Source of the DNA: Bacteroidota bacterium
Lineage (GTDB): Bacteria; Bacteroidota; Bacteroidia; JABDFU01
Reading direction: 5' to 3'
DNA: 64,000 bases
Assembly: GCA_013286655.1 (NCBI GenBank)
Contig: JABDFG010000004.1
Span: forward strand, 7,008-71,007
Under the pieces are notes generated by a model that did not search any database, had not been told where the DNA came from, and was given only the letters and a program-made list of their open reading frames with translations. This document shows positions 1-7,169 of this stretch, piece by piece (position 1 is the first letter of the stretch; every line of letters starts with the position of its first letter). Position numbers and translations under genes: made by a program.

Positions 1-745
1 TTGTCATCCAGGTATAGTAATTAACGGTTCTGTTTTCTACATTTAAAGGGGTAAAACCATTGTCGTGCTCCAGTTTTTTTAACGCATTACTTATGGTCTG
101 AAGACCTTCAATTAAAGAGTTATGACTTATCCAGCTCCATGTTTTATGATTTTCACCGGACTGGAGGTTGTATCTTTTCTGGAGTAAAACATCACCTCCA
201 TCAATTTTTTCGTCTATTTTCAAAACCGTAAATCCGATGTATTCAAAATCTTTGTTCATCAATGCCCACAACGAGGAATGAAGTCCTTTGTACTCGGGTG
301 TTATTCCTTCGTGAATTGTGAACGTTCCGAATTTTGGCAGGTTGTATAGCTTCGGTTGAAAAATAACACTGCAACATATATTTAAGATGATGTCCGGACG
401 CTGCAGATTTATATAATTGAGCCAGTAGTTGCTGTGTATGTTTTCAACATTGAATGCAGGACATTTTACTTCGATGCCATTAATAAAATAATCGGAATTT
501 TTCAGATGTAATTTTTTTTCATTTCTCCTTAACAGGCATCTGTCAAATACATGAAAGGCCAATTCATTTATTACTTGTAGTAAACCGTAACGTTTAATTC
601 TTGATTTTATTTTAGCCACTCTTTCCTGAATAGAATTTCTCCCAGGCTCTACAAATAGACAGCATATAATCTCATGGGCTTCGGATAGCCCATTTACATA
701 TTTACGATTAAAACTATTATCTCTTCCTATAAATATTATTTTCAT
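1..745 (-). CDS. formyltransferase-family protein, N-terminal 248 aa; the 3' end runs off the left edge of the window
   Basis: Absent from the supplied ORF track because no stop lies inside the window. My reverse-complement translation from the ATG at 745-743 is open to position 1. It reads MKIIFIGRDNSFNRKYV...GTFTIHEGITPEYKGLHSSLWAL...FTVLKIDEKIDGGDVLLQ. The H-x-x-x-x-P-x-Y-[KR]-G and ID-G-G-D-x-L-x-Q layout resembles Fmt/PurN-type formyltransferase N-domains. Confidence 0.55.
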   Translation of the reverse strand, partial: MKIIFIGRDNSFNRKYVNGLSEAHEIICCLFVEPGRNSIQERVAKIKSRIKRYGLLQVINELAFHVFDRCLLRRNEKKLHLKNSDYFINGIEVKCPAFNVENIHSNYWLNYINLQRPDIILNICCSVIFQPKLYNLPKFGTFTIHEGITPEYKGLHSSLWALMNKDFEYIGFTVLKIDEKIDGGDVLLQKRYNLQSGENHKTWSWISHNSLIEGLQTISNALKKLEHDNGFTPLNVENRTVNYYTWMT

Positions 746-1146
746 TCCTTTGCAAAATTTTAGTTTACTAAACTATACTGTTTGGAAATTAAACCAAATT
801 AAAATAGACCACTTATGCAAATGCAGAGACCAGTGAGTTTAATTGTGGCACATGATCGGATATGTCCTATAATCAAGGGAGAAAAGCAAAAACAAATTTC
901 AACTACTGTTAGCGCTTATTTAACTTTTAATTGGCCGGATTGAACGAAAATCTAAACTGGCAGGTTCGTGATTTTAATAAGTTTGCTGAAATTTTGAATT
1001 TGTATGCCATGTTAAACAGAGAGATTTTGATAGAATATATCCGGAAGAATGATTCCCGGTTTTCATACGAGGAACTGGAGTCTTACCCGTTTACAACCCT
1101 GGTATTAATTAAGGTACGGGTTGAACTGGAACTCTATAACAAAAAA

Positions 1147-2289
1147 CTAATCTGAAAGAGCTATTGTATGAGGTAAGAATCTGCTGAAATTATCTGTAAT
1201 TGGAGAGTTGCTTTCTCTGATGCCTATTCCTGCAGCACTTCCTCCTATAAGCCAGGAACCGATAACCGGATAATTATTCCCGAAGTCAGGCAACTTACAT
1301 AGTTGTTGAAATACGAATCCTTCTTCTCCATAATTGCCTCCCGTTTGATGTGTGACCTGGTCGCGTTCTACCATCGTTACGTTGGCCCCTTCGCGCGACA
1401 ATAATGGTTTTTTAATGTAATCTTTCATTGTTCCCGGCCCGTTATAATAACTTTCCAGCAAATTGGGATGTCCGGGAAATAACTTCCAAAGTATGGGAAG
1501 TATGGCTTTGTTGCTGAGAATCATTTTCCAGGCCGGTTCTATCCATAGTGTATCTGTTTTCAATATATGGGGAGCGAATTTTTCGTGCATAAGCCATTCC
1601 CAGGGATACAATTTAAACATATTGAAAATCTTTTTTTCCTCAAGATCTGTAAAACAGGTTCCGTTCCATCCTATATCTTGCACACTTATGAATTTTGTCC
1701 GGATTCCCGCCTCTGAAGCGCAATCCTGAATATACTGCACATTTACAAAGTCCTCTGGAAATTCGTCCAAACAGGAAAAGTATAAGGCTTGTTTGTTCAA
1801 ATAGGGTTTTATCTTTTTCCACCAATGAACCATTTTTTCGTGTATGGAGTTGAATTGATCCCGTTCCGGAAAACAATCTTGCAGCCAATGCCATTGTACC
1901 ACCGAAGCCTCGAAAAGCGAGGTAGGCGTATCGGCATTAAATTCCAACATTTTGGGTGGGATGGCTATGTTTCCATTCCAGGACAAATCGAAGCGTCCAT
2001 AGATGGATGGGTCTGAATGATCCCAACTCGAAAGGATGGGATGGATGAATTCATCAGGGATGAAAAACTGAGCGAAAAGTTTGTGTTTAATTACGTGTTC
2101 CACGGCTTTTAAACACATGAAATACAATTCGGTTGTAGCCTTTTCTACTATTTCTACCTGCTGAAGATCGAACTCGTAATAAGCGCGTTCATCCCAATAA
2201 ACTTCGGCGTTCAACGTGTGGTAGCTAAAGCCGAGTTCCTCTACTTTTTTCTGCCAATCAGGCCGGACCTGGATAGTGTGTCTTCTCAA
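1147..2289 (-). CDS. glutathionylspermidine synthase-like pre-ATP-grasp family protein (YgiC/YjfC-like amidoligase)
   Basis: 380-aa ORF. End-to-end resemblance to the GspS C-terminal synthetase family (RPDWQKKVEELGFSYHT..., EFNADTPTSLFEASVVQW, KPLLSREGANV). Confidence 0.8.
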   Translation of the reverse strand: MRRHTIQVRPDWQKKVEELGFSYHTLNAEVYWDERAYYEFDLQQVEIVEKATTELYFMCLKAVEHVIKHKLFAQFFIPDEFIHPILSSWDHSDPSIYGRFDLSWNGNIAIPPKMLEFNADTPTSLFEASVVQWHWLQDCFPERDQFNSIHEKMVHWWKKIKPYLNKQALYFSCLDEFPEDFVNVQYIQDCASEAGIRTKFISVQDIGWNGTCFTDLEEKKIFNMFKLYPWEWLMHEKFAPHILKTDTLWIEPAWKMILSNKAILPILWKLFPGHPNLLESYYNGPGTMKDYIKKPLLSREGANVTMVERDQVTHQTGGNYGEEGFVFQQLCKLPDFGNNYPVIGSWLIGGSAAGIGIRESNSPITDNFSRFLPHTIALSD

Positions 2290-2300
2290 CCTTGGAGTAT

Positions 2301-2795
2301 TTATGCAGCGGCGGAGCGTGCACCGGAACTTCCAAAACCACCTCTACTGCTTCCTGAATTATACCGGCCAGGTGTCGCTGTTCCTCTGGCTCCGTAACCC
2401 GATGAGCGGGCTCCATAACCTAAGCCCCTGGCCCCATAACCTGCTATTCTTGGCCCGTAACCTGGTCTTCGGGCGTAGAAATGATTATAATAACCACCAT
2501 ATCTGGAATAAGGGTATGGATAGCCATAGCCATATACCCCATAATAAGGGTAACCATATACATATGGGTCATAATAATAGTCGGGACCGGGACCATAGGA
2601 ATAGTTGGAATAAGACAACGTGTCCTGAGCAGAATACCGGTCATTGTGATAGGGAGTCGAATTGGATCCGGAATAGCCGGATCCATTCTGAGCATGAGGG
2701 GTATAATAGGTATCGTCTTCAACCCCATTCTGGGCGATCGATAGGGTTATCACTAAACTTGATACCAAAGTCAGTATGTAAGAGCGCGTTTTCAT
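2301..2795 (-). CDS. secreted, extremely Tyr/Gly-rich low-complexity protein
   Basis: 164-aa ORF with an N-terminal signal-like segment (MKTRSYILTLVSSLVITLSIAQ). This is followed by YGYPYYGVYGYGYPYPY and GYGARG repeats. The stop is 11 nt upstream of the GspS-like start. Confidence 0.6.
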   Translation of the reverse strand: MKTRSYILTLVSSLVITLSIAQNGVEDDTYYTPHAQNGSGYSGSNSTPYHNDRYSAQDTLSYSNYSYGPGPDYYYDPYVYGYPYYGVYGYGYPYPYSRYGGYYNHFYARRPGYGPRIAGYGARGLGYGARSSGYGARGTATPGRYNSGSSRGGFGSSGARSAAA

Positions 2796-2868
2796 GTTCC
2801 GTAGTTTTCACATACTATTCAGCAATTCCCTTGCCAAAGGCTGTTAATTAGTGTTAATAACGTCTTTA

Positions 2869-3192
2869 TTATTTCACCGGAGCGGCCGTTGGGGCGGTAG
2901 CTGCTTGTTTATTAGCCTTGTAACGCATATCGGGCGTGCCATCTTTCTTGGTAGGTCCAGGTGCGGGAGCAGGGGCTTGTTTGTTAGCCTTGTAACGCAT
3001 ATCGGGTGTACCATCCTTCTTGGTAGGTCCGGCAGCCGGTTGTACTGCCGGGACTTTAGCGGGAGCTGTTTGTGCAGAAGTTGAAGTGGTTTTTACCTTT
3101 TTAGGAGAAGAGGTTGTGGTAGCCGGAGTTTGAGCTACAGACATTAAAGCGAATAATAAAGCAGTGCAAAAAAGCGTGAATCGTGAGTTCAT
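2869..3192 (-). CDS. small secreted Lys/Pro/Thr-rich protein with a duplicated GPTKKDGTPDMRYKANKQA module
   Basis: 107-aa ORF with a signal peptide (LFALMSVAQT). It contains a 24-aa internal duplication, and all four DNA differences between the copies are synonymous. Confidence 0.7.
   Translation of the reverse strand: MNSRFTLFCTALLFALMSVAQTPATTTSSPKKVKTTSTSAQTAPAKVPAVQPAAGPTKKDGTPDMRYKANKQAPAPAPGPTKKDGTPDMRYKANKQAATAPTAAPVK
2903..3030 (-). repeat. intragenic direct duplication, two 56-nt copies (2903-2958 and 2975-3030) with a 72-nt period
   Basis: The copies differ at 4 positions, and all four are synonymous in the minus-strand frame (GPTKKDGTPDMRYKANKQA twice). Confidence 0.9.
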
Positions 3193-3215
3193 GTGAATTT
3201 GGTTTTTGTTTGAAT

Positions 3216-3223
3216 CAAATTTA
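3216..3223 (-). promoter_or_regulatory. Bacteroidota -7 box TAAATTTG
   Basis: Exact TAnnTTTG match on the minus strand, 23 nt upstream of the ATG at 3192. Confidence 0.45.
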
Positions 3224-3332
3224 GGGAAATTAATGAATTAATTACTTCTTGTATCCAAGCTCATCAAGTGATTTTCCGTACATTTAATTGGCAGCGAATT
3301 AACGAAATCACAGAAAACACCTCCCCGCAGTT

Positions 3333-3557
3333 ATGGAAAACAAAATCGAAGAAGGTGACACGGTCAAATTAAATATCGACAATAGTCCAAACATGACCAT
3401 TGAGAATGTCAATGGGAAAAGTGCGACCTGTATTTGGTTTGACAAAGAACAAAGGTTTAACAAGGAAGATTTTCTGATCGAGGATTTGTTATTTATCAGG
3501 AAGAAGGATAGTAAAAGTGGGATCGGTTTTGGTAAAAATAATGGCCCGAAAAGTTAG
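3333..3557 (+). CDS. small YodC/DUF2158-like protein
   Basis: 74 aa. EGDTVKLNIDNSPNMTIENVNGKSATCIWFD resembles the YodC-type small beta-barrel family. Confidence 0.5.
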   Translation: MENKIEEGDTVKLNIDNSPNMTIENVNGKSATCIWFDKEQRFNKEDFLIEDLLFIRKKDSKSGIGFGKNNGPKS

Positions 3558-4573
3558 CTTAGTTCCCCTCTTAAAGATCGACTAAGTGAAGTCTGCATTT
3601 TCCTTGCAGAGCTATTTTGAGCGAGCAGAAACATCAGTTTGGTCACGGCTGCCTCATAAGTAATATCAGCTCCTCCGATAACGCCTATCTTTTTCAATTG
3701 AATACTTGTTTCGTATTTACCCTGTTCTACGGCACCGGAATTGCACTGAGTTATGTTGTATACAATTATACCTCTCGCTATCGTCTTTTTGAGCAGGTTG
3801 ATAAACCATTTGTCGGTTGGTGCATTACCTGAACCAAATGTTTCCAGTATCACCGCCTTTAGCTTTTTTGTTTTCAATACCGCATTTATGGCATTTTCGT
3901 TGATCCCGGGAAATAACTTCAAAACAGCAATCCCCGCATCAAGTTTGGTATGTACTTTTAGTTTTTTATTCGTGGTTTTCTGAATAGCATTCTTGTTAAA
4001 TTTAATGTGCACTCCTGCTTCCGCCAGAACGGGATAGTTGGCACTTTGGAAAGCCTGAAAATGTTCTGAATTGAACTTATGTGTGCGATTACCCCTGTAT
4101 AATTGATATTCAAAATAGATACAGACTTCGGGAACTAAAGCCTTCCCATTCTCCTGTTTGGAAGCTATCTCAATGGCCGTTATTAAATTTTCTTTCCCAT
4201 CCGTGCGGATGATCCCCATTGGCAATTGTGAACCTGTTAATACGACCGGTTTACTTAAATTTTCCAGCATAAAACTGAGTGCAGATGCAGTAAAGGCCAT
4301 GGTATCGGATCCATGTAATATCACAAAACCATCGTATTTGGAATAGTTTTTCTCGATGAGCTTTGCCAATTGAATCCAGACATCCGGGCTCATATTGGAG
4401 GAATCGATGGGTTCATCAAACGAAATTGAGCTGAGTTGCACATTGAACGACTTTAGCTCAGGAATACGATCCGTAATCTGATTAAAATCAAAAGGCTTCA
4501 GACTTTTTGAACGGGTGTCCTCCACCATTCCTATTGTTCCCCCGGTATAGATCAAAAGTATAGATGGTTTCAT
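3554..4573 (-). CDS. ansA: type I (cytoplasmic) L-asparaginase
   Basis: 339 aa. Has the ILLIYTGGTIGM threonine motif, the HGSDTM motif, and full-length asparaginase/glutaminase architecture. Confidence 0.9.
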   Translation of the reverse strand: MKPSILLIYTGGTIGMVEDTRSKSLKPFDFNQITDRIPELKSFNVQLSSISFDEPIDSSNMSPDVWIQLAKLIEKNYSKYDGFVILHGSDTMAFTASALSFMLENLSKPVVLTGSQLPMGIIRTDGKENLITAIEIASKQENGKALVPEVCIYFEYQLYRGNRTHKFNSEHFQAFQSANYPVLAEAGVHIKFNKNAIQKTTNKKLKVHTKLDAGIAVLKLFPGINENAINAVLKTKKLKAVILETFGSGNAPTDKWFINLLKKTIARGIIVYNITQCNSGAVEQGKYETSIQLKKIGVIGGADITYEAAVTKLMFLLAQNSSARKMQTSLSRSLRGELS

Positions 4574-4597
4574 TTTTTATTCAGTTACAATTATATA

Positions 4598-4716
4598 GTT
4601 TGAACGTTCAAAGTTCGAAAGTTTGAAAGTTCAAGTTTAAAGTTAAAGTAAACTTTCAAACTTTAAACTTTCAAACTTTAAACTTTCCAACTGATTTACT
4701 TTCCAACTGATTTACC
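4598..4716. repeat. AT-rich simple-repeat palindrome (AAAGTTTG / CAAACTTT words) plus a 15-nt tandem duplication
   Basis: The left arm (4598-4649) is made of agtttgaa/aagtttaaagtt words. The right arm (4651-4688) is made of their reverse complements (aactttcaaactttaaacttt). The unit ttccaactgatttac then occurs twice at 4685-4716, and the second copy contains the stop codon of the TatD-family gene. Confidence 0.85.
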
Positions 4717-5488
4717 TTCCGAATACATTAATGGAATTCTGTGTTGTTTGTTCCGCAACCTCTTCTATTGAACAGTTTTTCAGCTCCGCCACCTTTTGTG
4801 CTATTAATGTGAGGTAGCTGCTTTCATTCCGCTTACCTCTGTGTGGAACCGGCGCCAGATAAGGCGCATCGGTTTCCAGTACGAGGTATTCCATTGGGAT
4901 ATGCGGTACCACCTCGCTCAAGCCTCCATTTTTAAACGTAACAACCCCTCCTATTCCTAACTTGAATTTTTTCAGGGACATTACTTGTTTTGCTTCCTCC
5001 AGACTGCCTGAAAAACAGTGAAAAATTCCTCTTAAGTCCTTATCCGCATATTCCTGGACTATCTCCAATGTTTCCTTCCATGCTTTCCGAACATGGATTA
5101 TAATGGGTAATCCTTCCTGAAGGGCAAAATCTATTTGTTTCCGAAAAGCAATCTTTTGTTGCTCCGCAAAAGTTGTATCCCAATAAAAATCCAAGCCTAT
5201 CTCCCCTACCGCATAGTATTTCGTTTCCTTTCTATTAAAATATTCCCGGACAGACTCCCACTCGGCTTCATAATCCAGCTTGATAGAACAGGGATGAAGT
5301 CCCAACATCGGAAAACAATTTTCGGGATATTGCTTGACTAATTCCAGCATATTTTCCATTGAACTGTAATCAATATTTGGGAGAAATAAGCGGCTGACTC
5401 CTTCCTGGAAAGAATGACTCATCACCTGAGCCCGGTCTTCGTTAAATTCCTTTGCGTATAGATGGGTATGCGTATCCGCAAGAATCAT
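4712..5488 (-). CDS. TatD-family metal-dependent hydrolase
   Basis: 258 aa. Starts with MILADTHTHL, then GLHP..., EIGLDFYW and LETDAPYL, which are typical TatD/YcfH motifs. Confidence 0.9.
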   Translation of the reverse strand: MILADTHTHLYAKEFNEDRAQVMSHSFQEGVSRLFLPNIDYSSMENMLELVKQYPENCFPMLGLHPCSIKLDYEAEWESVREYFNRKETKYYAVGEIGLDFYWDTTFAEQQKIAFRKQIDFALQEGLPIIIHVRKAWKETLEIVQEYADKDLRGIFHCFSGSLEEAKQVMSLKKFKLGIGGVVTFKNGGLSEVVPHIPMEYLVLETDAPYLAPVPHRGKRNESSYLTLIAQKVAELKNCSIEEVAEQTTQNSINVFGR

Positions 5489-5511
5489 GTGCTAAAGTTA
5501 AGCAAAATCAA

Positions 5512-5519
5512 TACATTTG
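5512..5519 (+). promoter_or_regulatory. -7 box TACATTTG
   Basis: Exact TAnnTTTG match, 20 nt upstream of the ATG at 5540. Confidence 0.45.
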
Positions 5520-5539
5520 TAGCCCTAAGAAAGGTTGGT

Positions 5540-6004
5540 ATGATAGCTGAAAAAATACATTTTTTAAAACAAGAATATTTACGCTTGCTTGAAAAAACCG
5601 ATCCTGAAACTAAAGCAGCCTGGGGCAAGATGAATTTTCAGCAAATGCTCGAGCATATGAGCGATTCCTTCCGTATTGCCAATGGGAAAGACCCGCATCG
5701 TCTTTATACCCCTGTTGAAGCGGTCGAAAAATACAAAGCGTTTGCAATGAGTGACAAACCGTTCAAAGAAAATACAAAAAATGCACTTTTAGCTGACGAA
5801 CCGGCTCTTCTCCGCAATGCAAAGCCTGAACAAGCACTCACTGAATTACAACTGGAAATAAATGACTTCTTTAATGTGTTCGAATCTGAACCAGGTAAAA
5901 CAATCACCAATCCAATCTTCGGCGACCTGAATTTTAAAGAATGGATACAATTACTTCACAAACACGCAATTCATCATTTGAAACAATTTGGAATTAATAC
6001 CTGA
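5540..6004 (+). CDS. DinB-superfamily / DUF1569-like protein
   Basis: I moved the start to the ATG at 5540 (MIAEKIHFLKQ...). This avoids overlap with the tatD-like start and places a TACATTTG box (5512-5519) upstream. The C-terminal HKHAIHHLKQFG is DinB-like. Confidence 0.6.
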   Translation: MIAEKIHFLKQEYLRLLEKTDPETKAAWGKMNFQQMLEHMSDSFRIANGKDPHRLYTPVEAVEKYKAFAMSDKPFKENTKNALLADEPALLRNAKPEQALTELQLEINDFFNVFESEPGKTITNPIFGDLNFKEWIQLLHKHAIHHLKQFGINT

Positions 6005-6007
6005 TTT

Positions 6008-6427
6008 ATGCTCATCGTAAAAAAATCAAGAATACCCAATGCCGGTAAGGGCTTGTTCACGACCTCCGTTATCCGGAAAGGTGATCTGATCGTTGCTTAC
6101 AAAGGAGAGAAAATGACCTGGGCTCAATGCATGAAACGTTATGGAAAGAACATCTCCAATGCACGTTACCTGTATTATGTTTCACCGAAAAACTGTATTG
6201 ATGCACAACTTACGCCGAATGAGCTGGCGCGATATGCGAACGATGCAGGAGGTTTCAGCGTTAAAAAGGGACTTAAAAACAACTCGGAGTATACCAATAT
6301 CAAAGGCGTTCCTCATATTGTCGCTACAAAAAAAATCGGCCCAGGCTCTGAAATCCTGGTCGATTATGCCGGCGATTACTGGGAAATGATGAAAAAGGAG
6401 ATGAAGGAAGAATTGAAAGGGAAATAG
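6008..6427 (+). CDS. SET-domain protein (putative protein-lysine methyltransferase)
   Basis: 139 aa. IPNAGKGLFT..., RYANDAGG..., NSEY... and EILVDYAGDYW match the SET-domain core and post-SET-less bacterial SET proteins. Confidence 0.75.
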   Translation: MLIVKKSRIPNAGKGLFTTSVIRKGDLIVAYKGEKMTWAQCMKRYGKNISNARYLYYVSPKNCIDAQLTPNELARYANDAGGFSVKKGLKNNSEYTNIKGVPHIVATKKIGPGSEILVDYAGDYWEMMKKEMKEELKGK

Positions 6428-6429
6428 AA

Positions 6430-7032
6430 ATGAAAAAAAATGATGCATTCTCATTTCTGTATATAACGTCCTTCGCTTTTTTATTTACAGGCTGTTTCAT
6501 GCATAACAACCCCTCTGATGTTTCCTCTTACCATTCAGACAGCTTAGCCATTGTGCAAACGATAAAAAATGCATACAGGTGGAATGAGGATACTGCTTCC
6601 GCTCCGCACATTGAATTTCCTCTTTTTTCAAAAAATGACACCATTCTTGGAATTGATCAAACTGAACTTGAAAAAAGCATTACCCTGATTAAGAAAACAG
6701 ATTTGTTTTCCAATACTTTTCTTACCCAATACAGGCTGGTTGCTCACAAGATTGATAGTTGTTTTAAAAAAGACACCGCTACCTACAGTGACGGCATTCC
6801 TCCCTACGGTCCCTATGATTATGATCTTTTTTGCGATTGTCAGGATGGACCGGATGACCCTATTGCAAGTATGCAATTTGACTCTTTAAAAATATCAGAT
6901 ACGTCGGCATCTCTTGTTTGGAAATGGAAAGAATGGAACGACAAAGCCCCTTATTATATAAAATTGGTAAAAGAAAATAACCATTGGAAAATAGCGAATC
7001 TCCTTGGATTGGATGAATTACCAAACTACTAA
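6430..7032 (+). CDS. hypothetical lipoprotein
   Basis: 200 aa with a lipobox-like LFTGC at the end of the signal segment. I recognise no family. Confidence 0.6.
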   Translation: MKKNDAFSFLYITSFAFLFTGCFMHNNPSDVSSYHSDSLAIVQTIKNAYRWNEDTASAPHIEFPLFSKNDTILGIDQTELEKSITLIKKTDLFSNTFLTQYRLVAHKIDSCFKKDTATYSDGIPPYGPYDYDLFCDCQDGPDDPIASMQFDSLKISDTSASLVWKWKEWNDKAPYYIKLVKENNHWKIANLLGLDELPNY

Positions 7033-7135
7033 TAAACCTGGAAAGTGTAGCTCCCTCTCTTCTAAACTGTCTAAAATGGGTTTCATTTCCCGTAAATTAC
7101 CATCCCATAAATCCTTCAATCCGGGACATTTTCTT

Positions 7136-7143
7136 TAAATTTG
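7136..7143 (+). promoter_or_regulatory. -7 box TAAATTTG upstream of paaZ
   Basis: Exact TAnnTTTG match, 26 nt upstream of the ATG at 7170. Confidence 0.45.
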
Positions 7144-7169
7144 TTGTGCTTAAAAACACCTGAATTATT

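Noticed and set aside
931-1155. 74-aa TTG-initiated plus-strand ORF in the gap between the formyltransferase-like and GspS-like genes.
   Set aside because: It has no recognisable motif and a non-ATG start, and its 3' end overlaps the convergent GspS-like gene. It could be real, but I cannot support it.
2276-2851. Long plus-strand ORF (191 aa) and two further ORFs (2444-2728 minus, 2481-2744 plus) overlapping the Tyr/Gly-rich gene.
   Set aside because: They are by-products of the low-complexity repeat, which is open in several frames. Only the 2301-2795 minus frame has a signal peptide and operon-consistent spacing (11 nt to the next start).
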